Virus record (IMG/VR): IMGVR_UViG_3300020469_000011
Location: 32,001 to 96,000 of that record
Source of the DNA: a virus
DNA length: 64,000 nt
Strand: one strand, 5' to 3'
A model generated the notes under the pieces. It was not told where the DNA came from and searched no databases. It saw only the letters and a list, made by a program, of their open reading frames with translations. Positions 17,166 through 27,031 of the stretch are shown here, piece by piece (the stretch's first letter is position 1; each line of letters starts with the position of its first letter). Made by a program: the position numbers and the translations under genes.

Positions 17166-18239
17166 ATGAGAAGGAAAAGAAAAGAATCTAATGTAATTAG
17201 TGAACCTAAATCAAAAACACTTAATGATTTTGAAACGGCACTTCTTTTTAATTGGTATCGTGTAAATTATAATGAAAAAGATGCCAAAAAATTTCTAGTA
17301 GAATACACTTCTTGTAAGATTAAAAAATCAATTATAAACAGTTTATCTTATATTCCTTTATCGCATTGCTGGATTGCGAGAATGGTAAAAAATGGTAATA
17401 TTGTTCCTAAAAAATGTTTAGAGAATGTTGAAAAATATATAAATTCTTTAGAAAGAGAAACAAAGATACCGCAGAAAAATGATTTATTTAAAGTGTCTGT
17501 AGAAGAGAAAAATAAGAATAAAACTCTAGATGCATATAGTTATCTTGAAAACTTGATTGATAAACTTTTTGATTCTAAAGGAAAAGTAGAAGTAAAAAGT
17601 GAACCTGTAATTTCAATGTACAACTTAAATAAATCTCAAGCAAGTTTAATTGCGGACTACCTTGAAAAAGATCATCTAAAAGATTTAAGAGATATATCAA
17701 CAGATACTGAAATACAAGAGGGATACTCTTTTCTTACCAAACGTCAACAAAACTTAATTTATAAAAATTTGAAAAATCTTAAAGATGAATTTTTATCTGT
17801 GAGAAATGTTGTAGACAAAGAAAGAAAAAGAAAAGTGAGAGCCGTTAAAATAAAGCCTATTGAAGAACGCATTAGTAAATTAAAGTTTAGAAAAAGTGTT
17901 TTTAAAACTGATCAAATTGATATGAAACATTTGATTGGAAAAAGAGTTTTGTATGTAGCATCAGAAGATAAAAGAACTCTCATTCGCATAGAGTCAAAGT
18001 CTGGATTTGATACAAGATCTTCTTTTTTAATAAATGTTGATAGTGCTGAAAAGTTTGTAATTTATGGGACAAATTTAGAAAAAGGTGTTGAATATATTTC
18101 AAAAGCTAGAAATGAAAAATTAGCTAAAAAGATTAATAAACACGTTATTGTTCGTAGAAAAGAACAAATAGAAATTAAAAATAATGAGTATCGCTCAACA
18201 GATAAATTTTGTGTGATACAAGGATACTTAGATTTATAG
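17166..18239 (+). CDS. hypothetical basic protein (T4-like conserved)
   Basis: 357-aa ORF, GGAG RBS; FNWY...EIQEGYS. Confidence 0.7.
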   Translation: MRRKRKESNVISEPKSKTLNDFETALLFNWYRVNYNEKDAKKFLVEYTSCKIKKSIINSLSYIPLSHCWIARMVKNGNIVPKKCLENVEKYINSLERETKIPQKNDLFKVSVEEKNKNKTLDAYSYLENLIDKLFDSKGKVEVKSEPVISMYNLNKSQASLIADYLEKDHLKDLRDISTDTEIQEGYSFLTKRQQNLIYKNLKNLKDEFLSVRNVVDKERKRKVRAVKIKPIEERISKLKFRKSVFKTDQIDMKHLIGKRVLYVASEDKRTLIRIESKSGFDTRSSFLINVDSAEKFVIYGTNLEKGVEYISKARNEKLAKKINKHVIVRRKEQIEIKNNEYRSTDKFCVIQGYLDL

Positions 18240-18246
18240 GAGATTT

Positions 18247-18675
18247 ATGAGCTTAAAACCCGTACCAATAATTTTTGAAGAAATATCTAAAGCAAAAACT
18301 CATTTAGAGAAAGTAAAGATATTAAAAAATAATCGCAATTCAATGGTAGATTTATTGTTAGAATTAACTTTTAGTAAGAATTTAGCTATTTCTTTGCCAG
18401 TTGGAAAACCCCCTTATTTAAAAGCAGGAGAAGCAGATTTATTTAATGCAACTTTATTATACGCTAATCGTAAATTAATTGAAATTTTTATCAATGACAA
18501 TGGAAGTCATTTAAAACTAATTAAAAAAGAGCAACTCTTTATTGATTTATTAGAGAACCTAGATCCTAAAGAGGCTGAACTATTATGTGAAGTTAAAGAT
18601 AAGGAATTGACTTCTTATCCTGGAATCTCAAAAAAAGTTATACAAAAAATTTATCCGCATTGGGAACTTGCTTAA
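18247..18675 (+). CDS. conserved T4-like protein (DUF6433-like by recall)
   Basis: IFEEISKAKT...LPVGKPPY...KKEQLFIDLLENLDPKEAELL...KDK. Confidence 0.7.
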   Translation: MSLKPVPIIFEEISKAKTHLEKVKILKNNRNSMVDLLLELTFSKNLAISLPVGKPPYLKAGEADLFNATLLYANRKLIEIFINDNGSHLKLIKKEQLFIDLLENLDPKEAELLCEVKDKELTSYPGISKKVIQKIYPHWELA

Positions 18676-19142
18676 TTTTTCTTGCTGACATAGGCTACTG
18701 GAATTTCTTTCATTTCATGTAACCAAAAAGCAACCATCCTATGCCTACCTTCCATTACAAATAAGTTCTTATCATTTTTTTCTACATAAATGGGAAGAGC
18801 TTTTTCACCTTTTTTTAATTGATTTAAAATTTTATTTGTTCTTTTTTCATCTTTTGGGAATTCATCGTAAGTAGAATACATTTCCTTTATCTGTTTTTCA
18901 AATTTAGAAATAGGTTCTCTTTTTAATTCCACTTTAATGTTATCAACAGAAGTATCTAACCATTCGCTCACATCTTTTAAATCTTGGTCATTTATAGTAG
19001 ATGTATCTTCTTTTAATTTTTTCTTTCCTTGGCAATGAGCCCGTTGGCTAAATCCTTTAGGATTATTACAGTCAATAGATTTTTTATACTTATCTGACCA
19101 TTTTTCTGATAAGTATATACAAAAATTTTTATATGTTTTCAT
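18672..19142 (-). CDS. ParB-like domain protein with capsid-targeting-like N-terminus
   Basis: MKTYKNF..LSE; KWSDKYKKSIDCNNPKGFSQRAHC module; LPIYV...VMEGRHRMVA. Confidence 0.7.
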   Translation of the reverse strand: MKTYKNFCIYLSEKWSDKYKKSIDCNNPKGFSQRAHCQGKKKLKEDTSTINDQDLKDVSEWLDTSVDNIKVELKREPISKFEKQIKEMYSTYDEFPKDEKRTNKILNQLKKGEKALPIYVEKNDKNLFVMEGRHRMVAFWLHEMKEIPVAYVSKKN

Positions 19143-19220
19143 AATTATTTAAAAAGTTTTTTTGATAAATAGTCTTATTGATTATGATATATTTATAAAT
19201 TTTTAATGGAGTTATATAAT

Positions 19221-19466
19221 ATGCCTTATTACGATTTCTACTGTGAACAATGTGATAAAGAATTAGAAATTAATTTACCCATAGCGAAACGAAATGATAT
19301 TATAAAATGCGAACAATGCCAAAACACACTCACAAAAAAAGTTTCTCTAATTACAATAGGTTATGATAATTTTGCTTTAACCGGCAAAAAGCCTGATGAG
19401 GGTTTCCGTGACAAATTAAGAGAGATGAAAAGAAACATTCCGAGAAATACAATCAACGTAGATTAA
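19221..19466 (+). CDS. FmdB-family zinc-ribbon protein
   Basis: MPYYDFYCEQC...CEQC; usual neighbour of phoH in T4-like phages. Confidence 0.8.
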   Translation: MPYYDFYCEQCDKELEINLPIAKRNDIIKCEQCQNTLTKKVSLITIGYDNFALTGKKPDEGFRDKLREMKRNIPRNTINVD

Positions 19467-19577
19467 TAAGGAGGTTTCGAATAAAAAAATATTAAATAAC
19501 TCACTCAGGTCTTATATATTCTGAGTGAGTGATAAGTAAACCTGAGTAATTCTTGTTAAAATAATACGGAGTTACTT

Positions 19578-20372
19578 ATGTCAAGAAAAAAGACACAAAC
19601 TTCTAATCGAGATCGTGGACTTCAACTGCGAGAGATTGAGCCGATGACTAACGCTCAAAATTTATTATTTAATGCGTTTTATGAAGGTTATCATGTAATA
19701 TCAATGGGTACGGCAGGTACGGGTAAATCCTTTTTATCTATCTACCTTGGATTAGAAGCGGTCTTTGACCCACACTCTCCATATAAAAAAGTTCTCATAT
19801 GTAGGTCTTGTGTACCTTCTAGAGATATCGGATTTTTACCAGGTACAGAAGAGGAAAAAATTTCTGTATATAAAAGACCATATCAATCTATTGTGCAAGA
19901 ACTTTTCAAAAGAGATGATGCTTGGGAAATTCTTGAAAAAAAAGGAGTTGTTCAATTCTGTTCAACTTCATTTTTGAGAGGAACAACAATCGATAACACA
20001 ATTATATTTGTAGATGAAATACAAAATTTAGCCTACAATGAAATTCATAACGTAGTTACTCGCATAGGAAAGGATTCGGCTTTAGTTTTAGCGGGAGATT
20101 TTGGTCAAATGGATTTAGACACGGAAGAAAGCGGTGTCAAAGACTTTTTTGAAATAGCAAAAAGAACAAAAGGCTTCAACATCGTAACTTTCCAAGAAAA
20201 AGATATAGTCAGAAATGATTTTATTAAAGATTATATCATAGCTAAAAACCAATATGATAAGGAGAAAAGAGAAAGAACTATATATAATGGCCATAGAGTT
20301 GAAAGAGAGTCATTTAATAATATAGTTGTTGCGGGTAAAAAATATGCTTTAGAGGCAACTCCTATTAATTAA
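19578..20372 (+). CDS. phoH: PhoH-family ATPase
   Basis: GTAGTGKS, IGFLPGT, FLRGTT, VDEIQN, TRIG, GDFGQMD, DIVR. Confidence 0.95.
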   Translation: MSRKKTQTSNRDRGLQLREIEPMTNAQNLLFNAFYEGYHVISMGTAGTGKSFLSIYLGLEAVFDPHSPYKKVLICRSCVPSRDIGFLPGTEEEKISVYKRPYQSIVQELFKRDDAWEILEKKGVVQFCSTSFLRGTTIDNTIIFVDEIQNLAYNEIHNVVTRIGKDSALVLAGDFGQMDLDTEESGVKDFFEIAKRTKGFNIVTFQEKDIVRNDFIKDYIIAKNQYDKEKRERTIYNGHRVERESFNNIVVAGKKYALEATPIN

Positions 20373-20393
20373 TCTATTATTTCAAAGGAACAC

Positions 20394-20411
20394 GGGGGAT
20401 ATAGATCCCCC
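20394..20411. other. GC-rich intergenic hairpin
   Basis: GGGGGAT-ATAG-ATCCCCC; no U-tract on + strand, so function unclear. Confidence 0.45.
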
Positions 20412-20427
20412 AAAATAGAAAGTTAAT

Positions 20428-20838
20428 GTGCAAAGATACGAAAATATTTTAAATGATTTTTTAGGTTTTTGTGAAAGTAAAAAATATGATATTGCAAGTG
20501 TTGATAAGTTGTATGAAAAAGAAAAATATAAAAGAGAGAGCAATATAGTTCTTATTTTAGCAAGAGTAGCTTTATATAAACACGTACCGCTACTAATTGA
20601 ACTTTACAGCACCAAATCAATTGGATTGTTTTTTAATTTGTTTGAATGTGATCCACTTTCAGCAAGTTTATTTACCAAAGAGTTTATGGAAAAGGAAGTA
20701 GATATTATATCGGCATTTGTTGAAATGAAAGATACGAAAGGAAAATTAACTAATATATTATTTGGTGAAGAAGCCTTTAATCAGTTTATCAAAGAGAAAA
20801 AAAATAAGTCAATAATAACACCTAATTTGCTAAATTAG
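20428..20838 (+). CDS. hypothetical protein
   Basis: 136-aa ORF, GTG start. Confidence 0.55.
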   Translation: MQRYENILNDFLGFCESKKYDIASVDKLYEKEKYKRESNIVLILARVALYKHVPLLIELYSTKSIGLFFNLFECDPLSASLFTKEFMEKEVDIISAFVEMKDTKGKLTNILFGEEAFNQFIKEKKNKSIITPNLLN

Positions 20839-20854
20839 TAAGGAATATCAAAGA

Positions 20855-22261
20855 ATGGAAAGTCCGAATAAATTTTTAATTGAAGGAATTAAAAAAAATC
20901 AAATTGAAGAAGTCTTTAATAATCAAGATTTTAAAGTTGGTATAGAATATGAATTTTATAACACAAAATTTTTAGATGATACAAATCGTCCTGACGCTAA
21001 TGAAACTTTATTATTAGGATTATTCACAGATGTTTTAAATGGAGCTAAAAAGAAAAATCGTAACATATTAAATAATAATCGTAATCAAACTAAAAAGAAT
21101 AAAATTATAAATTCTTATGACATTCTTGATGATTTTGAAGCAAAAGATGCTAAAGTACTTTTGCAATTTTTTAAACGTAATGAAATTAATTTATCTGAAT
21201 TAATTGATTTGATATATTTTTACATCGCTTCACCAGGTTCTAAATTTCCAAAATTATTTAAAGAGTATGATTATAAAAAAGATGTGTTTGACAAATACAC
21301 AGGACCCGGTAAGTTTAGAAAATTTCAAAAGTTCATGGGTTTACTTAATTCTAAAGTTTCTGGTGAAGTTCCATTTCGTGAAATTAAAAAATTCTATACA
21401 AAAGAAGGTAATCTACCCCCATCAATTAAAAATCCATTAGTATCTGTTTCGGCTAAAGCAAGCAAAGATAGATGGGGTATTACAGTAGACCCTTCAATTT
21501 CTCCAGCAATAGGTGGAATAGAATTTATCAGTCCTCCTATGAAACCTAAAGAAGCTATTATAGCAACAGACCAAATATTTCGTTATATAAAACAAAATGG
21601 TAATACTGAATCTTTTTATGATGAAATGGAAATAACTAATCCTAGAATGGAAGAACCTAGTTACAGAGGCTCTAATAAAAGAGAATCCCAATGTGGATTG
21701 CATATCAATATATCTTTTAAGCCCGAAAGAATGAAAAATTTTGACCCTTTAAAATTCTTAATATTTTCTCATGAATCTCAAGTAGATCAAAAAAAGCTTT
21801 TTGGTGATAGAAAAGATGCTGCACATATAACTAAGGTACTACCAGAATTAAAGACTTATTTTTTGAAAATTAGTAAGAATGTTGATTTAGGTTCAGAAAA
21901 AACTGATGAACAAAGAGAAGCCACATTTCATGAATATACAAAAAATAAAATGAGTAAAGGTTTAAATTTATTGAAAAGTATAATGAACTCTGGTCTAGTT
22001 GCCGATAAATATAGTAATTTTAATTTAGCTAATTTTAAACACACTAATCGTTCTATTAGAAGAGCAAGTTCAGAAAGAATAGAAATTCGTTATTTTGGGG
22101 GGCAAGGTTATGAAGATAAGTTTATGTTGTTTAGAAAAGTGCTTGGTGAATTATTATACGCACTAGATATAGCAACAGACCCAGAAAAAGAAAAGAAAAC
22201 TTATTACAAAAAAGCTTATAAAATATTAAACCTTATAAGAACAGAAAATAAAAAGAAATGA
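20855..22261 (+). CDS. putative amidoligase (COOH-NH2 ligase type 2)
   Basis: VGIEYEF, VDPSI, IEFISPPM, CGLHINIS, DKYSNFN, IEIRYFGG. Confidence 0.8.
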   Translation: MESPNKFLIEGIKKNQIEEVFNNQDFKVGIEYEFYNTKFLDDTNRPDANETLLLGLFTDVLNGAKKKNRNILNNNRNQTKKNKIINSYDILDDFEAKDAKVLLQFFKRNEINLSELIDLIYFYIASPGSKFPKLFKEYDYKKDVFDKYTGPGKFRKFQKFMGLLNSKVSGEVPFREIKKFYTKEGNLPPSIKNPLVSVSAKASKDRWGITVDPSISPAIGGIEFISPPMKPKEAIIATDQIFRYIKQNGNTESFYDEMEITNPRMEEPSYRGSNKRESQCGLHINISFKPERMKNFDPLKFLIFSHESQVDQKKLFGDRKDAAHITKVLPELKTYFLKISKNVDLGSEKTDEQREATFHEYTKNKMSKGLNLLKSIMNSGLVADKYSNFNLANFKHTNRSIRRASSERIEIRYFGGQGYEDKFMLFRKVLGELLYALDIATDPEKEKKTYYKKAYKILNLIRTENKKK

Positions 22262-22264
22262 AAT

Positions 22265-22414
22265 ATGTATCATAAAAATATAGCATGTAATTCATGTAAT
22301 GCAGAGTTTACTATAAAACATGAAATGATGGCAGAAATATATGAAGTTAAATGCTGTCCTTTTTGTGGAGATGAAATTGACGAAGAAGATGTGGAAGAAA
22401 TAACAGATAATTAA
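22265..22414 (+). CDS. small zinc-ribbon protein (49 aa, not in ORF track)
   Basis: CNSC...CCPFCG with acidic tail. Confidence 0.7.
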   Translation: MYHKNIACNSCNAEFTIKHEMMAEIYEVKCCPFCGDEIDEEDVEEITDN

Positions 22415-22416
22415 TT

Positions 22417-22677
22417 ATGGAAACACTTACAGAAAAAAATAGTTGGAGAGTCTTATTTTTTCAAGATGTAGATAAATTATTTGAGGGATATTTATTCAAA
22501 ACTAAAGATGATGCTTTAGGAGCAGCACTTGAATACTGCAAGCAAATGAGTCCTTCTAAAAGATCTAATCTTATTAAAGTAAATGCTAAAAAATTGATAA
22601 TGGCGGCAAAAAATTCTAAAGAGTATGTAATAATAATGCCTCCAGATATAGAAAAAAATAAAAAGAAAATAATTTAA
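22417..22677 (+). CDS. hypothetical protein
   Basis: 86-aa ORF. Confidence 0.55.
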   Translation: METLTEKNSWRVLFFQDVDKLFEGYLFKTKDDALGAALEYCKQMSPSKRSNLIKVNAKKLIMAAKNSKEYVIIMPPDIEKNKKKII

Positions 22678-22682
22678 TAAGG

Positions 22683-23144
22683 ATGATTATGAAGAAATAT
22701 TTTTTAAGTTTATTCATTATGTTTTGGGTTTTTATAGTAATAGGAACAACTTTTAGTAATTTTTTAAAAGCTGAAGATTTAGAGTATCCAATTTTTAAAA
22801 GTTGTTATGATGGTGATACTTGTAAATTTGATATACCGGATGTGCCAGATGTTTTTGGTAAAAATTTAGCCGTAAGAATAAGAGGTATTGATACGCCAGA
22901 AATTAGAGGAAAATGTGAGAATGAAAAAATTATGGCAAAAAAAGCAAAAGAATTTATTAATTTTCTAATGAACAAAGCGACTTTAATAGAAGTTAAAAAT
23001 GTAGAAAGAGGTAAATATTTTAGAGTTGTTGCCGATGTATATGTTGATGGTAAGTCTATTGCAAAATATATGATACAAAATGATTATGCTCTACCTTATG
23101 AAGAAAACATTGATTGGTGTAAGCATAGAAGAATAAGGAAATAA
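22683..23144 (+). CDS. thermonuclease (SNase-like) with N-terminal anchor
   Basis: YDGDT, VRIRGIDTPE, GKYFRVVADVYVDG. Confidence 0.9.
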   Translation: MIMKKYFLSLFIMFWVFIVIGTTFSNFLKAEDLEYPIFKSCYDGDTCKFDIPDVPDVFGKNLAVRIRGIDTPEIRGKCENEKIMAKKAKEFINFLMNKATLIEVKNVERGKYFRVVADVYVDGKSIAKYMIQNDYALPYEENIDWCKHRRIRK

Positions 23145-23331
23145 TATCACTGACAGAAGCTTTATTTTAGACGCCAGTGAATTTTTATAAGCGAATCAAT
23201 CATTCGCAAGCAAGTTATAAAAAAATATGAAAAAAAATAAAAAAAATAATTAGTTTGTTTGAATGACATAAATAAAACAAAGCCCTTTTATATAAAACAA
23301 TTCAAACAAACGAACTTTTGGAAATACAAAC

Positions 23332-26300
23332 ATGAGTAATATTCCTCTTCTATTATTGAGCAACACTTTTGGTGAGTGGTTAATAACAATTAACAATGTC
23401 ATAGCAGAAAATAATAATTCTTCTGCGAATGGTGTATCAAATACATTGACAAGATTTGATGCAAATGGCTCACTTACATTCAATGAATTAAACTCCAACA
23501 ATGTTCAGTTAAAAGTCGGTCCTGCGATTAATGAAGTTAGAACTGATTTTCAACAAAACAATCACACTTCTGTAGCAACTACAGGAGCTATTCTTGAATT
23601 GTTAACTGGAAGTAATAGTATTCTTCCATTGAGGCTTGAGTCATTGAGGTTTGGTACTTCATTTGATTCAGTAAATGCAATATCCAAAAGTTTTAGTGCA
23701 AGTGACCCAAATACATTATTAACATCAAATGCTATTTACAATTTCTTAACGGGCACAAGAACATTAAGTTTTGACCTTAGATCTGATTCTATTCGTATTG
23801 GTTCAGGACCTGTTATAACTGAAATAGCTACTACATTTTCTTCTATTGATAATTCAACTGTACCTACAACAAGTGCTGTAAGCAACTACTTATCAAGTGC
23901 AGCAACCATTAATTTGGACCTAGCATCTTTAAGATTGAATACGGGACAATCTGTAAATAAAATTGCAAATAACTTTAATAGTGTTGACGACACTACACTA
24001 GTGACTGCAAAGGCTGTTTATAATTTGGTTGGTGGAATTGATAACGATATTGGAACTATTGAAGGTAGAAGTATAGATTTGGGTTCTACTTATGTTGTAA
24101 ATAATTTTGCTATTGATTTCAGCACAATAACTCACTATTCTTTACCCACTGTAACTGCGGTAAAAGACTTTATAACAAGTGGAAACTATAGTCTAGATGT
24201 ATCTGCTAATTCTTTAACAGCAACTAATTTACATACAAATGCTATCTCTATAGATGGTCATACTATTAATAGCATAAGAACAGACTTTAATTTACTTTCA
24301 AATGATGAGTTAGTTACTTCAAATGCTGTATATAATCTATTAACTGATGGAAATGTAGTTTTAAATTCTCAATTTTCAAATACACATACGTCTAGTATAT
24401 CTATAAATGGATATTCAATTAATGCTGTAGCAAATGTAATAAATGCTGCAAACACAAATAATCATACTTTAGGAACAACACAAGGAATTTATGACCTTTT
24501 ATCTGGAGGTGTAACTACTGTTCCTCCACTTCCAATTTCTGCTAATTCATTCTCATTCCCAGGTGGTACTGGAAATACATCAGTAAATTCTATTGCTACA
24601 AATTTCTCTTCTATAAATGATAATAGTTTAGTCACAGCAAATGCAGTTTATAATTTATTAACTGATGGTTCTGTTAATTTAGCTGTAGATTTTGATTCAA
24701 TCACTTTAGTGAATGGAGTAACTGTAAATGGAATCGCTACTGCTATTACAACTGCTAATACGAATGATTATACTCTAGCCACTACAAAAGCAGTTCATGA
24801 CACTATAGGAAGTGGTGTAGGCAACATCACAGTTGCACAAGTAGAAACAAATGACTTGTACTCATTTCAAGTAAGTTTAGGAAATTATGCATTTGGTAGG
24901 TCAACTGCTCAAAATGCTGCATCAGCAGGAACAGCAACTTTAGCTACTCCTTGGGTATATACTTCTACATTAGAAGCTTATGATCAAAAGAATGCAAGTG
25001 GTACGGGTATTATATTAAGTGCAAATTCAAGTTCACCTGCAGGAGAAACAGTTGCTGCAAATAACATTGCATTTTTTACAGGCGGATCAATACGTCTAAA
25101 GGTTAATAATACAGAGATAGATGCTGGATCTAGTATTGTTAAAACAACAGCAACTCCTTCAGCATCAAGTCATTTGATAACAAAAGCCTTTGCAGATGCT
25201 ACTTACAATCCTGTTGGAAGCACAGGTACTAGAATTGCAAACAATGCGATTAATGTTGATATAGATGCTAATAATATTGTATTCACAGGTAATAGTGAGC
25301 CAGCAACTAATGACACTTATACTTTAGGAAATTCAACAAATAGATTTAAAGATTTATATCTAAGTGGTAGTGCATTTATTTCAGATGATTCTGCAATTAC
25401 TTCTTCAAATGGAAGTATACAGTTTAATGCTAATAACCAAACAATAGAAGTTCTAGGAAATGGTTCTTCTGTAACTGGTAAATTAACTTTAAATTGTGAG
25501 ATGAATTCACACGGACAAACTATTGTACCACAACCACATAGTGCAGCCGTTACAAACACTTTAACTTTACCAGCAAACGGCAGTCAAGAAATTGTTGGTA
25601 CAATTGCTACACAAACATTAACAAATAAAACATTAGGTCAAACAAGTTTAAGTGGAGATTTATTACCAACTGCTGATTCAACATATAATCTAGGATCACC
25701 TGCAAATAAATTCAAAGATTTATATCTGTCATCTTCAACACTATGGTTGGGTGATTTAATAAAATTAGACACTTCATCTGGTGTAGCTAAGTTCTTAAAG
25801 AGAAATCCAAGTAGCTTACCTTATATATTTTCTATTATTGGTGGTGATAGTGCTAATGCAATATCACATGTTAATACTACATTTAGTTATAGTCCTGCTA
25901 GAACTGCATTATCTGAATTAACATCAAACGATTTATTAAGTTATTTACAAACATTTGCTTCTTTTGGAAATGCACAATTGGGAACTTTGTTTCCACCAGA
26001 AAAAGATGCTACTGGCAACACAAGTACTTATTACAATGTTAATGATTACTCTGATATTATAGCTCAAGAAAGACCAGGAACAATTGCTTCGGATGTATCG
26101 GAAGCCTCTACATATGCTCTTGATTACGGAGTATCAAGTACAGCCACCTTTAAAAGACCTGATATAGATGTTACACTATCTTTAACCAATGTTTCTGATT
26201 TAGAAGGAATGACGGTACATGTAACTGCTTTTGTTGTACAAAACACAACTCCACATACAATGTCAGGTATATTAATTAATGGAAATAGTGCGAATCAGTT

Positions 26301-26412
26301 TAATATTTCTGGTGTGAATACCATGAATTCCACTGCTAATACTATAAACACATTTGATATAAAAGCAGTTTACTTTGAAAATGAATGGAATGCTACTTGT
26401 ATTGTAGGATAA
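23332..26412 (+). CDS. putative tail fibre / structural protein with internal repeats
   Basis: Ser/Thr/Asn-rich; nine ~50-aa repeats; YTLGNSTNRFKDLYLS and YNLGSPANKFKDLYLS fibre motifs; CATAAATA upstream. Confidence 0.7.
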   Translation: MSNIPLLLLSNTFGEWLITINNVIAENNNSSANGVSNTLTRFDANGSLTFNELNSNNVQLKVGPAINEVRTDFQQNNHTSVATTGAILELLTGSNSILPLRLESLRFGTSFDSVNAISKSFSASDPNTLLTSNAIYNFLTGTRTLSFDLRSDSIRIGSGPVITEIATTFSSIDNSTVPTTSAVSNYLSSAATINLDLASLRLNTGQSVNKIANNFNSVDDTTLVTAKAVYNLVGGIDNDIGTIEGRSIDLGSTYVVNNFAIDFSTITHYSLPTVTAVKDFITSGNYSLDVSANSLTATNLHTNAISIDGHTINSIRTDFNLLSNDELVTSNAVYNLLTDGNVVLNSQFSNTHTSSISINGYSINAVANVINAANTNNHTLGTTQGIYDLLSGGVTTVPPLPISANSFSFPGGTGNTSVNSIATNFSSINDNSLVTANAVYNLLTDGSVNLAVDFDSITLVNGVTVNGIATAITTANTNDYTLATTKAVHDTIGSGVGNITVAQVETNDLYSFQVSLGNYAFGRSTAQNAASAGTATLATPWVYTSTLEAYDQKNASGTGIILSANSSSPAGETVAANNIAFFTGGSIRLKVNNTEIDAGSSIVKTTATPSASSHLITKAFADATYNPVGSTGTRIANNAINVDIDANNIVFTGNSEPATNDTYTLGNSTNRFKDLYLSGSAFISDDSAITSSNGSIQFNANNQTIEVLGNGSSVTGKLTLNCEMNSHGQTIVPQPHSAAVTNTLTLPANGSQEIVGTIATQTLTNKTLGQTSLSGDLLPTADSTYNLGSPANKFKDLYLSSSTLWLGDLIKLDTSSGVAKFLKRNPSSLPYIFSIIGGDSANAISHVNTTFSYSPARTALSELTSNDLLSYLQTFASFGNAQLGTLFPPEKDATGNTSTYYNVNDYSDIIAQERPGTIASDVSEASTYALDYGVSSTATFKRPDIDVTLSLTNVSDLEGMTVHVTAFVVQNTTPHTMSGILINGNSANQFNISGVNTMNSTANTINTFDIKAVYFENEWNATCIVG

Positions 26413-26985
26413 ATGAAACTAGCACTATTAGCTTCAGGAAATGGAACTAATGTTGAGGTTTTATTAAAAGAAAAAAAGTTAGGTAAATTATCTTTAGTAA
26501 ATTGGAAACTTTTAATATGTGATAATCCAGATGCTTTTGTACTAGAAAGAGTAAAAGTTTTTAATCTACCTAGCTTTATAGTAGAACCAAAAAACTTTGA
26601 AAATAAAGAAACTTACGAAACTTGTATTCACCAAAAATTAATTGACTTTGAAATAGACGGAATAGTTCTTGCAGGCTATATGCGTCTAATTGGACCTACG
26701 TTATTAAAATATTGGAAAAATAAAATAATAAATGTTCATCCCTCACTTCTACCTTCCTTTCCTGGTAGAAATTCAGTATCAGATGCCATAAAAAGTAAAT
26801 TTTATACAAGTGGATGTACAGTACATTTTGTTGATGAGGGTATAGATACAGGACCTATAATTGCACAAAAAACTGTATTAATTGAAAAACATGATAACCA
26901 AGAAAGTTTATCTGAAAAGATACATAAAGCGGAACATGAATTACTTCCTAAAGTAATTTGTCAATGGAGTAATAGCAAATTTTAG
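26413..26985 (+). CDS. purN: phosphoribosylglycinamide formyltransferase
   Basis: LASGNGTN, VLAGYMRLI, NVHPSLLPSFPG, SGCTVHFVDEGIDTGPIIAQ, AEHELLP. Confidence 0.95.
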   Translation: MKLALLASGNGTNVEVLLKEKKLGKLSLVNWKLLICDNPDAFVLERVKVFNLPSFIVEPKNFENKETYETCIHQKLIDFEIDGIVLAGYMRLIGPTLLKYWKNKIINVHPSLLPSFPGRNSVSDAIKSKFYTSGCTVHFVDEGIDTGPIIAQKTVLIEKHDNQESLSEKIHKAEHELLPKVICQWSNSKF

Positions 26986-26991
26986 GCACAA

Positions 26992-27023
26992 AAAAAGCCG
27001 AGGTTTTTACACCTCGGCTTTTT
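26992..27023. terminator. bidirectional intrinsic terminator
   Basis: AAAAAGCCGAGGT-TTTTAC-ACCTCGGCTTTTT between convergent operons. Confidence 0.9.
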
Positions 27024-27031
27024 CTATTTAC

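Noticed and set aside
2594-20372. Introns or inteins in gp44, helicase, gcvP or phoH
   Set aside because: Proteins have normal length and contiguous motifs; no intein or LAGLIDADG/HNH signatures seen
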